From NCBI GenBank assembly GCA_000934665.2, contig KZ538386.1:1-64000 (forward strand): a stretch of DNA of 64,000 nucleotides, read 5' to 3'. The notes under the pieces were generated by a model that saw nothing but the letters and a program-made list of their open reading frames with translations, was not told the DNA's origin and did not search any database. This DNA comes from Catajapyx aquilonaris (taxonomy: Eukaryota). Made by a program: the position numbers and the translations under genes. Position 1 is the stretch's first letter. Each line of letters starts with the position of its first letter. Shown piece by piece: positions 40,078-53,340 of the stretch.

Positions 40078-43000
40078 GGGGGGGGGGGAATCGTATCGGG
40101 GTCGCTGAATGTACGGACCAGCTATACTTCCAGTGCCAATGCTGCCACCTATCTGTTTATGGCCGCATTTTCCTGAGTTGCATACAAAATAAGCAGCTAA
40201 CAATTTTTTTCTTGGAAGTGGACCACCTACAAACTTATCAGAAGAATTTGGGCCAGCTCCCGGAAACTGCATTGGTGACCTGCAGGTTCACTTTCGTACT
40301 TTGACAGACAGACAGACACGCAGACACGTATTAACTTCTTCCATCATGTCGGCTCCGACATACCACGGGTATCGCCCATCCATTGTTTACAGCCGAGGCC
40401 ATTTGCCCCTGAGACCCTGCTTCCATCATCAGCCCATTCCTGGAATATCTGGTGACAAACAATACCGAGCGTATCTCTGGAAGTGACCGCCGCGCCGTTT
40501 GGCCCCAGGGCAGACTCACTTTTCAGGCCCCGATTACTCACTGGAATTCACAACACTGTTACTCACTTCCTGACCTTATCGGACCACTTTTGGGAGTGGC
40601 CGAAGACAGAGGTCGAGAAACGTTTTTACCAGATTCACCTGTCCAAATAGTCAGGTGATATCATTCTACCATCACAAAGCACCACCTGCATGCATTCATT
40701 CATAATATGCGCATGATGAATAACATCTCCGATATGTACAAGTACATGTATACACGCATCAGTACCGACACTTTTTGTTTGAAGGGGGTGGGGTATGGCC
40801 AGTATATACCTATAACATTCCGCAAAACGGTTGGCTTACCAAGAAGAGAAACCAACTCTGCCCATTGGTCCAGTACTGTCCGAACCAATCCCAAAACCCT
40901 CGTACCACCCACTGGCCTTGTCTTCTAAATGAGGGCTTTCAGTAGGTGAGTGATCAAATAACAAAAAAATGGGTATCTGCCCATCCCATGTGACCATGAA
41001 TCAACTTAATTGCCAGTGTTGGTGGGTGCCTAACGTTCAGGATAAGCAATTACCCGTGACACTAAGCAATACCCCTGGCCTGGAACATATCCCACAAAAT
41101 GAATTCCACCTTCACACACATGCAGACATGCTTGAGTGGGCTCTTTCCCATCACAAGTGCCGCCTCACCCTTTTACAACATTTGCCCCCTGCAAGATCCC
41201 CTCCAATAATCCAAACGCAGCTGCAGGTTTCCCCAGACCACAATTGTGAAACCAGAGGATATGAAGCCGCAACAATCATAGTTTGCCCTCCGATATCCAA
41301 ACGGGAAGTATGGATTTCCAGCCTTTCCAGCGGGTTGTCCAGTAATTAAGGGGAGGGGACAAAGACATGGGACTTTTTCAGGCGTGACCCCAAGCGCTCG
41401 ATGACAAAATGTTAGCCGCTCTTTTGTGAAGGGTCACCCCCAACCAACTCTTGTGTACCGGGCATGATTGGCACAAAAGTGGTCGGGCGGGTCACCCATC
41501 GATCACCTGCTGATGGTTTGGCAACGTGCACTTCAACTACCCATATACACCACCGGAAATGCTTCTAGATTTTATGTGAATTGGGACAATGGACGTTTCA
41601 TGCATGGCCGATTTGCACTTGGGTCGAGACTCGCATCTTTTCTGCAGGTCAAATGCTCGGGAAACTATAAATCACCAGGCACACTTTCATCTAGTGGACG
41701 CTTACACCTGATTAGACGCTACTGTACGTTACACCCATAGGCAGCTCAACTGCCATGCTTTCAAGCTAAACCATAAATCGGGGTCTTATCATAACCATCC
41801 ACTTCTGAGCCGAACAAGAAATCTGTTCCTAAAGCTCTGGGAGCCCAAAACCAGTAAAACGCATCACCTGCCTTCACCTGACTTCTCAATCAGGTCCTTA
41901 GAGATATGATTTTTTTCCACCTTCTTTTCCTTCTGGGTTCCCCCTCTATTCGGCGCCTTATCTCTGTGGCAATTTCATGAGAACGTTCGGGGCGGAGTTG
42001 GTCTCACGTGTAAGGCCCCCCCATCCACACTAAAAACCATATATACCGGACTACAAGGCGTCCTATTGAACCCCTCACGTTTCGACCATTCAGCAGACAA
42101 GTGGGTCTGTTGAGGACAGAAAGCGGAAGGAAAAAGTCCGTTGCTTTCCATCACCATCTTAGATTATGATCCGGAGAGGGGAGCACTGGGAGGACGCCTT
42201 CCACAAACAATCCAGGACCAAGATGGCGGAGGATGATTTCGCTATGGGGTGTCCTTGCGGGGAACTAATGGTGTTAGAATGGGGCCGCAAGGAAACGAGA
42301 GTCTGGAGCACGCCTCTTCACACTGGAAAATGAGATTAAATGGAAGCCCACGGTACATGGTATTGTTGACGATTCTGTCGTGCCCCCCTGCAGTGGGATG
42401 CACTTGACCATTTTTTAGCCTGATTTTTTTTTTTTAAGCAGAGGGGGACGTGTGGTTTCTTCAGTTGAGCAGGCTAATTGGGACGGGACAATTGCTTGGA
42501 GTGGGTTTTATTTGCAATGGGTGAGTCAGGGGTGTACGCACTCAAATCTTGAAATCAGTTCATCCACAACATGATTGTGTACGTGGCATCAGTGATGACG
42601 AATTGGAATTCATTAGAAGTCACGCCATCTTATCTTCCACTTCCTTTTTGTGTCAGGTGCAACAACGTTCTGGTTGGGTCTTCCCAGTCATGTGTGTTTG
42701 TCTCGTGCTACGGACTTGTTATAGGACCAGAAACCACGAGGGTTGGTTGCAAGGCAGCAACTTGCATGTCTAGGTTGGGATAGTGCCAGGCACACGCTGA
42801 CAAGCAGATTGCACGCGGATATGGACAAGCTAATAGAGGAGGAAATGAGACCAAAACACATCCCGCACCTGCCTGGGGGTACCGCCTGCACGCATTCACA
42901 AACGCACTGGAGCTCTACTTGTTGGTTTGAATTATTTTATTGAACCGGAACATAGACGCGACAATACGTCGCTTCGGTGCTTATGCAAATGGGAATAAGA

Positions 43001-46000
43001 ATATCGAGGTTCCGGGAAATAAAAGTGTGATTGTAAATACCACAAGTTGCTGGGTTCGCAGTCACATCGACATCCTCATTGTTGGTGATAAAGGGAACTT
43101 CCAGGATGAAGTGATAAAATGAAGTCATGCACGCGTTTCTGTTGGCGAGGATGAGTTCGACGTAACATGTTGCTGACACCATGCCTCAACACCCATCACA
43201 TAGATGTTATTTTTAATCTCACGGGTTGTATTACGTATGAAGGATGAGATGCAGAACGTCCGAGTCATATTTTTGTCAGAGTTGAAATAGGTGGTGTTGT
43301 GTGAAATAGAGGCTCTTTCGTAATGAGTAAGACAAACTTGCAGGGTAACTCTTGGGTGCCATATGAGAAATTTGTATATAGGGGTATCATTCGGTCTCCG
43401 AATCCTCGTTACTGAGATAATTAGATTTATCTGAAAATGTACTCCCTTTCATTTTCTTATTAAAAATTAACATTCTGTAAAAAAATATAATAGTGGTGGT
43501 TATTCACACCCACTAGACGCTAGAGACTAGAATAACAAGCTTTCTCTAAATTATTTTCACTATATAGTTTTCTGCTGAAGCTAAATTGTGCGCTTGAAAT
43601 ATCACCAATTTTCGAGTGAAATGTTTCCCCCAACTGGCTCAGTCAATTAAACCATGTAACTAGTTTTCTCTCTTGAGTGATATATTGGTTCAAATCCACA
43701 CAAAAATCCCAAAGAATTGAGTAATTGGGTCAGTTGAAAGAGAAAGGGCGTAAGTTACTTTCTGGGATGTTTTTGCTGTGGCACATCACGATAATTTTTA
43801 GCGAATGTGATTTCTAATACAGCAATGTTAGGAAAAGAGTGAAACCAGTTTTTCCCTTTTATTTTGTACCACAAAATCCTGGATTTTAACGTTGCTTTCC
43901 AAATTTGCTATTTAAAATTATCACAGAAGACACCAAAAACTTCCGGCCAATAATTTTCACTATTACAGAAATGGCACATGGAACACAATTTCGCCAAACA
44001 GGCACATTTTTGTGAACATACTCCACCAAACACCCAATCGAAATCTAGATACAACCAAGAAAAAAAATGAGTTACACCTTAGCCCTATTATTATCTGTTC
44101 GGCCTTTACAGCAACTGTCTACCACTAATGAAGCCACATGGACTTTCGACCCAACTACCAAGTAGAGTGGTGAATCATATTATGAGGAAAGCCTGAGTTG
44201 AGGGGGGGGGAGACAAATAGACCTTTCTGCACACATAACTCCAACAAATACACATTACATTGCCATTAACCCTGTATAGCGACCCAGATATTCATCAGAC
44301 CCAGGACTAAAATATTCAATTATCAAATAATTAAAATCAACAGCAATTATCACGTGAACTTTTCCGACTGAATAGCATTAATATAATATGCAACTTGTGC
44401 CCTAGAATGAGGTAACGTAAATAAATCAATAAATAAATAATATGCAACCTGGCCTGTAGTTTCAGACCAATTATTATCCGATACTTTCAGGTAATCACAA
44501 GCTCAAGCATCCTCAACACCCAATAACATTCATCCCATCACTGCACTGGTACGCCCTACATTTAAAACCGAATTGGACTCAACAGAGCACAAAATGAGTA
44601 CCAAACCCCGCCTGTAATTTTGTCACCCATTTTCCATGGTCACCCCTAGAAATAAGTAGAAACAAGGGTTAGTCCAGGTCACGGTGTGTAGCTGAGCGAG
44701 AAGAAAAGCGAAGATGAGATAGGTACGGATGAAAGGGGATAAAAACCACCATAAAAGGAGACTCGGATGATGGCTACTGCTTCCGAGGAGTTCTGCATGG
44801 TTCCTCTTCCACGACGGCTTGGAGCAGGTGCATGCAGGGATGGATGGATGCTGCTTGTTTTAAAGAGGGGGAGTCCTAGAAGGAATCGTGCAAGATTGGT
44901 CCTGCACAAGCATACGCCCTTCATTTGCACTTGAAAAGGATGCGGGGGGGATACACGCGTTAGTTGCACTTCATCCTGTTTCTTGACAACCGGGAGGAAT
45001 ATTTTTACCAAGATTCTTCTTCTGTTCCAAAGAAGGCAAGCGAGTCGTGTTGACAACCGAGAAACAATTAGGGGCTGATTTGAGAAATGGCGTGGAAATT
45101 CAATCTTCATACGGCAAGCTGGCACAAATGTATTGCTCGGCAGGAGCAGTCATGATGTGTAACAGAGGGAAGCCCATTTGAGATAACAATAGGGATGGAG
45201 AATTCACCGGAATTCAGCTGAAAGCAAGAAATCAGATTGGTTGATATTTTAAATACACTCCTCTATTTTCATCCAGCTGTAATAGTGTGTCTTCATGTCA
45301 TAATCAGTTGGAAAAATTTGAACCAGGTTCGTGCAGGACATCATCTGTGAATAAAATAGAAAAACTGGTTCCTCAGCTGTGATTACGGTTACTTCATTTC
45401 AAACTAATCCATACGTTTTCAGTTGGTCTATTTCGGAATGGGCAAGGTGAGTGACCCCCAAGATTCGTGTTTAGTCTCAACTTGTGAGGAATTTTTGGGA
45501 GCACCAGTGGGAGAGAAATCCAGACATCCTTCTGACGCCTGTCTACCTGGCAGGCACCAATTGGGGTGTGGAAGAAGGAAGGGGATGAATCACCCAATGG
45601 GCCTAAGTTTTTCCCGTAAATGGACTCCCACTGGGTTTGGAAAGTCAAGTGGAAATGACGGTTACCACCAAAAAATATTTTCAAATCAAGAACCTGCAGT
45701 GCAAAACAATCAGAGGCACAATATGGTTGAAATTGAGTTAAGCATACTTTCTCATAAGTTAAGTCTGGTACAACCATAGAAATATTGAACAAAAGGAATT
45801 CCATGAGGATGATGCAACTATAAATTACTGATACCCCAGTGTGCTATCAATATCAGAACTGATGGGAAAAAAAATTTAAAATCAGGTAATAACAGGTCAT
45901 GTGCAAAGTAATTCGGAAGTGAGGTCAGAGTGCAAATGTGCAGATTAAAACGTTAACTGCAGTGAAGCGAAGGGAGGTTCTTGGAAAGGGAAAAACTGGC

Positions 46001-47485
46001 CTAGGGTAGCTTCGGGCAATCCAGACCGGTAATTTAACCGAAGCATGGGAATTTCGTCTGGGCGAAATGGCCTGATGCAACTCGGAGGTCAGTGGTGGTA
46101 TTTCCGATGCACGTGGTCACGCTGAGTTGCTGGGACTTGATTGGGATACTAAGTAGTTTACAAAACACGCCATGGTTAAAAATTGATATATATTTTTTAT
46201 TGCTATCGTCACCGATTTTTATCGTGTCATTACACACTACAGAGTGCGTACATAATACTTTTTTATGGGATAAATAGCTCTAATAACATGTTTAAGTGCA
46301 CTTATACATTGCTGATCTGCTGTCAAGACTGGACGAGATCATTTGCAAGACTAGAGCGATGTAATATTATCTGTTAGTACAAGCGATAGTATAGTTCTAC
46401 AATGATTGAGAGGTTACATTTTGAGTTATAATGAGAACAAAATGATACTCTAACATGATAGTCATCAATATATGTATATGGCACTTCATATTGCTCAATG
46501 ACTTCATATGCAAGCATGTACAATATGGAATTAACTCTGGTGCCACGCAATGCACAGGAACATAATGTCCTGCACATCCCAGTGATTATAAGGATTATGT
46601 ATGAAAATATTCTAATCTCACTACATGATAAATGAATTGGCAGGAACAAGTCTCATCCTATATGAGGTAGCCATTCCTTAGGGCGACAACTGTTTCTCAG
46701 TCGATTACAAAATACAGTAGCAGGTGATATTTCCCCTTTGAGCCCGAGTGTCCCTAACAAGCAAGGCCATTTTACAACGGTTGGAACATTATGCATCCTC
46801 CAGCTGCTATTTCCATGCCAGGACCTTGAGAAGGTTGCTCCAAAGGCGACCCACGTCACTCTTTTTCACGCTGCTGCTTATTCCATATCACGTCTGTTGG
46901 AGGGTGACCCCCACCCCCCTTCTAACCCTCCCTCAAAAACCTCTAATGTCTTCTCAGGAAACGATAGTGTTGCTTGAAAAAATAAAATAAAAAAATAATG
47001 CTAGGCACCACCAGAGACCTTCAACTTTTCGCGCCAAACCGTGTCCTTCATAAAACCGGCCCTCTGTCTCTAGACCAGGTCACACCTGCCGGAATTGCTG
47101 AATGTGATGCAACGCCATACACCCTACTACATGCCAAAAAACTCTGAAAATTACGACATATTCAGCTTACTTTTCATGAAAAATGAGACAAAGCTGTACG
47201 CTTGCTGTGTGTCATTACGACAAAGTCAAGACTGTACAGCTTAGCACTATATACATTAATGAATGGTCAAGTAACAATTGTATTGACTATTCTATTGTTT
47301 GAGCTTTTTCCTTAACAATTTAGCTTGAGCTCACGACCAAAATAGCACAACATAAAACGAAGCTTAAAGCTTACATCCGAAGTCAGTCAACGGACTTTAA
47401 GATCACTGGATCACCATTTTTATGCAACTTTTCATAATAAATAAATAAGTCGAGTCTCCTCTTTGGCGCGGGTGCAGCTGCATTC

Positions 47486-47604
47486 TCACGACGATTGTCT
47501 TGGGTTCGACCTTTCTTCCTCCTCCTCCTCCTCCTCAGAACTGCTTCCTGGAGAGGCAGATGGTCTAGAGAGCAGACCAGCTGGTTTCCGGATTCTCATC
47601 AAGT
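47486..47604 (-). CDS. CKI-C coding exon 2 (full protein 145 aa)
   Basis: Acceptor TTGCTGTTTTTTGCAG|. Splicing gives ...YTHT-D-LMRIRKPAGLLSRPSASPGSSSEEEEEEEERSNPRQSS*, restoring T-D-x-M-x-x-basic-basic as in CKI-A. Followed by AU-rich, UTR-like sequence. Confidence 0.72.
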
Positions 47605-49248
47605 CTGCAAAAAACAGCAAAAAAATAATCCCATATGTCCAGTCCAACCATTATTTGCACTTAATCCAAGACCAGTAGCCATGGATGACCTTGCACCTCC
47701 GCAACAATTGGGATCAGGGTCGAACAGCTAATATGGCAAAAGGCAAGGGGGTGGTTTTTGCGAATTGTCCCCACCCTACTGCTACTAACCCCCAGCATCC
47801 ACTTGTTGTCCTTGGCACAGCTACCACTAAGATCTACATATTATCCCTGTCAAGGCCGGGAGTCTATAACACTCTTTCTTTGGTACACACTCATACCCCG
47901 TTATTGGCGGGAACACACACTCACCTGTCTGGTATATTCAAAAAAAGGTGATACCGGTACCTCAAATTCAAAACGCGGAAGTCCGTTAAAACTGAACAAA
48001 GGTCCGGATTTACTTTCAAAATTCGTTTCTTGTTATCATCCATGTTTTTTTTTCGTTTTTTTTTTTTGGAAGGGGGGGAGGGGGGTGTTGTTAAGACAGG
48101 TGCCCAAGCCGGCTTGGCCTTCTCCTTTATGCACCTCCCGGAAATAACAGGAGATGACGCAATGTTCCGGCCCAAAAAACACGTTTCTTCCTACCCTGCC
48201 CCTTATTATTTTCTTTGTCAATGACGTCAGGGGGACTAGTCAAAAGGGGGAAGGGAGAAAGAGGAGTCACCCAAGGAGATTTTGCGCGCGAAAAAGTACC
48301 GTGACCGCTGCTTGTTGAATCATACACATGAGTCTAGGAATATTTCCCGCCACTATGACCAAGAGAAGGAAAAAAATAATAATAATAGATTTTCCTGTTG
48401 AAATATGACAAAGAGTCCACTCGACTTTGGTGGGACAAAAAGGTCAAACAACATCTATTTTATCAGAGATTTTTCTACCGCAAACATCCGATTAAACGCT
48501 CGAGTCCTGGACAGAAAGGCAATTGAGACTGTAGATTAGAGGTTGAAAAAGTTGACAAGTGATCATGAGTAATAAGGAGTCAATGACTTACAAAGTGACT
48601 GGGCTGATAAGCCACCCCCCTGGACATACACTCATTAGGGGGCGACATGATAGATGGATCAATGGGTGGGATAGCAAGAGTGGCGCAATTTACGGGCTGC
48701 TGACCTGCCAATTTTTTTTTAAAGTAATATATCAGTTACAAGGTAAACAACATATGTCCAAACAAACAGCCACATAAGCACGGCCGTTTGTAATATCCCA
48801 ACATTTTCACCCGTTATTTTCAAAAAGGGTCATGCCACACTCACTACCAACTTCCCATCAGCTTTCGACCAATAGCACGTTACGTAGGCAGCATGTGAAC
48901 CGGTGGGGGGGAAAAAAAATTCAAAATTCGAATCTGGTTAACGGCTTCTTAGCCTCCATACCACGCCGGATTGTAGGCTTGTCCAGGTAGCAACTACATA
49001 CATATTTACTGTCAGTACAGTACTGAACGTGCGTCCAAATATTTATGCAATAATATTCATAAATATGCATTATACCGGTACCGGTATATATAATATCTAT
49101 ACATATCTAATACCGTATTGTATATATAATAAAACGGAGCGACTTCAGTATATTATGTAGCAATTAGCTGGCGCAACTACTCCGATGTAACTAATATTAC
49201 TGCTCCGTCAGCAAAATATATTTAAAAAAAAATAGCAATGAACCTTAC

Positions 49249-49567
49249 CGGTATGCGTGTATGGCAATGTGGATTCCCTGGACTCTCGGCTTCTGCGACT
49301 CTTGATCGGTCCGCACGAATCATCCTTGACCGGTGCCTCAACGCCGTACCAGTCGTACCGTCCAGGCAGCACCTTTTCCTTTTCCGGGTCAAAATTCCAC
49401 CTCTTGGTAAACTCCTCCCACGAGTCCAGGTGTGCTTCGGTAGCCAGCTCCTCCGCCTCCTTCATATCCACCGGTCCGAATAGGCACCTTCGTGTGTTCC
49501 GGTACCGCATTCGCAATACCATATCCACCTCTCGTAGATCCAACAACACCACGGACTTTCCCAGCAT
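49249..49567 (-). CDS. Cip/Kip CDK inhibitor CKI-C, coding exon 1
   Basis: TRRCLFGPVDMKEA...FTKRWNFDPEKEKVLPGRYDWYGV CDI domain. Phase-1 donor ACCG|GTAAGG at the same T-(D) position as in CKI-A. Confidence 0.87.
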
Positions 49568-49650
49568 CGTGACCGTTACAAGTTCAAACCTTGGGTCCCG
49601 CCAGCAGTCTAGTGACTAACGTCTCCCGCGCCTGACGATTATGAACTGGT

Positions 49651-49730
49651 TTCAAATATAGCGGGAACCAATCAGAGCGTCTGGTTGGCAAGTCACGTGA
49701 CCAAGTCCGTTGGCAGCCCAAGCCCCGCCC
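49651..49730 (-). promoter_or_regulatory. CKI-C proximal promoter (GC box, E-box, CCAAT, E2F-N4-CHR)
   Basis: Minus strand TTCCCGC-TATA-TTTGAA (49667-49651), CCAATCA 49668-49674, palindromic GTCACGTGAC 49692-49701 and CCCCGCCC 49723-49730, all 85-165 bp upstream of the ATG. Confidence 0.65.
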
Positions 49731-50261
49731 AGTCATCATCAAGCTCATGCCTTGCCGCCTTTCATTATCCCCCCTCACTTTACAAAGGCCGCTTTCTCCA
49801 TGTGCCCCCCCCCCCATGCCACCCTCTACGGAACCCCCCTCTTCTAAATAACTAATAAAAAAAAATATTCCAGACAGTTGATACCCACACGGGTTTGCGC
49901 CTACCTGGTCTAGGGGTAAATATTGAGGAGTGAGTCACTGCTGGAGTGGAGTTAATAGTGCGGTACATGAATAATCACATACATACACACACACAAAAAA
50001 GAGGTGGTGCGAGTCATTGCTCAGTGCAAAGTGCATACCTTTTTCAAGGGCTGAATGTCAAAGGGGACTCATTTTTTTGCGACGTGACTGGTAGTAAACA
50101 ACGTCGGATAGTAATGCACGGGAAGGCGAAATAATCGGCGAGGCATGCGGGTATGAGCGTGTTATTCATGCCAACTATGCACTTACTGGGTGTGTCACTA
50201 GCCTAGGTAGCGTCCTCTCATGATCGGAATAAAATAGCACTGCAAATTGGTCAGCATGCAG

Positions 50262-50262
<1 letters not shown>

Positions 50263-50323
<61 letters not shown>
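50263..50323. repeat. (GAT)n microsatellite
   Basis: Read directly; source of the poly-His ORF. Confidence 0.95.
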
Positions 50324-50325
<2 letters not shown>

Positions 50326-50515
50326 ACCTTTTCCCATTCAGGTAATGAGATTGCAGATTAAAACACTGGACTGGAGTTGCATTATTCGTATGGACAAATT
50401 GAAATGCTAGAATACCAAAATAGGCATTCGCCTCCTCTTCACAAATCGCTCTTCTGCACACGCCTACCAGGTGAGTCATGACATTATTTTTGTTACTGTC
50501 GTTCCGTAATTAATA

Positions 50516-50612
50516 AAGCAATCAAAACTAAAAGCAAAACGGATTGTGAATTATAATGATGATTATAATTATTATAATTCACAATACGTGCTGCTTTTAG
50601 TTTTGATTGCTT
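50516..50612. repeat. Fold-back palindrome 1
   Basis: AAGCAATCAAAACTAAAAGCA...ATTGTGAATTATAAT / ATTATAATTCACAAT...TGCTTTTAGTTTTGATTGCTT. Confidence 0.8.
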
Positions 50613-50613
50613 A

Positions 50614-50768
50614 ATTCCCGCCTCAGTGGCCTAGGCTACTTTGTTACGTAATGCACCAGAGTCTTCAAATTTATATAAACATGATGATTATAATTATGTT
50701 TGTATAAATTTGAAGACTCTGGCGTATTACATAACAAGTAGGCCTCTACACACCACTGAGGCGGGAAT
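50614..50768. repeat. Fold-back palindrome 2
   Basis: ATTCCCGCCTCAGTGG...CCAGAGTCTTCAAATTTATA / TATAAATTTGAAGACTCTGG...CCACTGAGGCGGGAAT. Confidence 0.8.
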
Positions 50769-53097
50769 ACAGGTGAGACTACCTGATAATAATATGCAAT
50801 TCCCTATGTGCCTTGCATAAAATATGACAATAACACCGCCGCGTATAGATGTCTAGCATAGATACATTCAGTTAGATAATTGCCGTATTAAAATATACCA
50901 GCTAACTGTAAGTCATTTTAAAGACGATTTAGAAACGACGAACCATCCTGGTCGCCAAGATATGCATCTAGCCACAAAAACCGTGCCAGATGACCTCTAA
51001 CTCCCTTTGTTCCCTGCATGGTTCTACTTCGAGCCTCAATCTGCATGATCGACTTGCCGATTATAATGCAAATCCTGCCTTTGGTAAGGACCTCTACAGC
51101 CCCATAGCTTATAGATATTCTTCAGCATACACAATAATTTTGTTCCCCCAGGAGACCATCCACAGGTAGCAAGGATAAATAGGAAATTATTGTTAATTTT
51201 ATCTATATATCTATATACTAGTTCCCCCTTCCCCCCACCAGAGGCGCTGCCTACACCCATTGCGCATGCGTAGAACGCGGGCCGATAGGAAACGTCGTCG
51301 CAACAACATGCGGCGGGCTTATACAAACATCATGAATATGATTATAATATTATAGAGTATATAATAATATTACGGTATATTAGTTATATATAATAGTTTG
51401 CATATATGCCAAATGGGAGGTCACCATCCGAAACTGCCATCCATCCTCTGGGTTGGACCCAGCTAGCACCGGAAGGAAGTGAGGGAAGTGGGGTCATCCT
51501 GGTTGCACCCAACAGGTCATGCTTGGGGGGGAATATAATTATGCCCGCTCTTCTCTCCGCCAGTGCTTTATGGCTCTCACGAACAAAATACGGCGTCCCC
51601 CTCTACTAAACTCCCCCACCCATGCTTGCAACAAGACAGATGGGGGAGGCCTTGGACATTTTTGCTCAAAGTCTCACATTTCTTGGGTGAAAAATGAGAC
51701 GTCCTTGGTAAACTCTTTTACCATTTTTGGGGGGGTAAAAAGGTTCACATTTCCTTGGAGATGTTCCTTTATAGTTGCTTCGTTTCCCACGAGTGCTAAA
51801 TTTTCTAGAAAAATTATATTGGCAAAACGCACCAGATTGCTGTCATATTCGTTCTTGTCTGAAAAGTACGTTAAGCTATCTTAGAAGTTCTAAACCGATT
51901 TTCATTACTTACGGTTGTGTAGTTCTGAGAAAGTTTGAGAGGCCTAACTTAATATTTTTATCGCAGGATTATAAAGCCTATCGGTGAAGTGCACGTGTCA
52001 AAAAATGTTTATTTGACAACCGATAACATTGGCAGTGTGTACATATCATGGAATTGTAGTGAAATACCTTACAGGAATTTGGTTATCTCACTCGATAACC
52101 GAGGGTTTTTGTGGCACTTAATCATCCAGACAAGACCTGCCTTGAAATTTTTAATATTTCAATTTATATCAAGGACAACTAAAACTGTCTTTGGGCTCGT
52201 AAGAATAATTCCAGTCCATTGATACAACAAACACACCCCCTTCCCCCCAATATTAACTTGCATCAAAGCATTTTGCTGACTTTACTGCAATATGGACGAA
52301 AATACGTCGGTCATGTAACACATTGACAGCAAATGACTTTTTTTTGTGCGAGTTTTTGTCGCATTTTAGTGTTGCATTCAGGTCACGTTCCAAAATTCAA
52401 ATCAAATTCGACAACAGAAGTTACTTGTACAAACAACTTCTGAGATAAAGAATTAAGACAGTTGACCCTGTACTTAACCACAATTCACCTCACATTATCA
52501 GAACAGTCATGTCCTCCTGAGATATCGTGCAATGATCCACATTATCGTCCTAAAAATTCCAAAAATTAGCTTATCTGACCCATTTCTCTCTATAAACCAC
52601 CAAACTCAACAAAATCCTCCAACATGCGAACCCCCCAAAAAACGTCAAAAAAAGACAGTATTATAGCACCCGGGGTGAAAAATACGCGGAATTTCCTGTC
52701 CATCTCTCGTTTCATCCCAGGACCTCATTTCCTCCATGTGTGTAGACTAGAAGAAAAAGCGCAGCACATGTAATCGAACTGCTGCCGCCCATCTTTCTTC
52801 TTCGTCCGGAACCCCTCCGGAAATCCTCCTCCGGATCTGATTTTAGTGGGAGGCAGAGAGGTGACACCCTCTGGGTTTTCCACGTGGGATAAAAGAAGGG
52901 CATTGTAGAGCACCCCCCAGCTTTCGACAAACACTTTTTTTCTCCGTCATCCCCCAAGCATCCACCTGTCGGACGAATCACATTTCGTGGGACCCACTAA
53001 AATGTGTATGTCCTGGGTACCATCCGATTAAAATGATCCTGAGTGGCTACGTCGAAAAAGCAGACAGTGTTAGATATGTTGCATCTCGGTTTGTACA

Positions 53098-53305
53098 GTC
53101 ATACTGCTTGCGACATTTGCTGATGCGGCAGACGTGCAAATCGAAGTGATAGAGTGTGAGCCGTGCGAGTAAGAAGAGGTAGGCCTTGAGTGACGCCCAG
53201 TCAGAGACGTCACCCAAGGGCTACCATTTCTTACTCGCACGGCTCGCACTCTATCACTTCCATTTACAAGTCTGCCGCATCGGAAGATGTCGCTAGCAGT
53301 ATGAC
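53098..53305. repeat. Long fold-back element (about 98-bp arms), MITE-like
   Basis: GTCATACTGC...GAGCCGTGCGAGTAAGAA...GTGACG mirrored by CGTCAC...TTCTTACTCGCACGGCTC...GCAGTATGAC with a short loop. Confidence 0.8.
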
Positions 53306-53340
53306 GGAATCAGCCCCCGGACACTTGCCCTACAATCTTA

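Noticed and set aside
47463..47731. Plus-strand Ser-rich and Leu-rich ORFs
   Set aside because: Antisense shadows of CKI-C exon 2.
49208..49248. ORF-track C-terminus of CKI-C (KVHCYFF...)
   Set aside because: Intron read-through past the GTAAGG donor.
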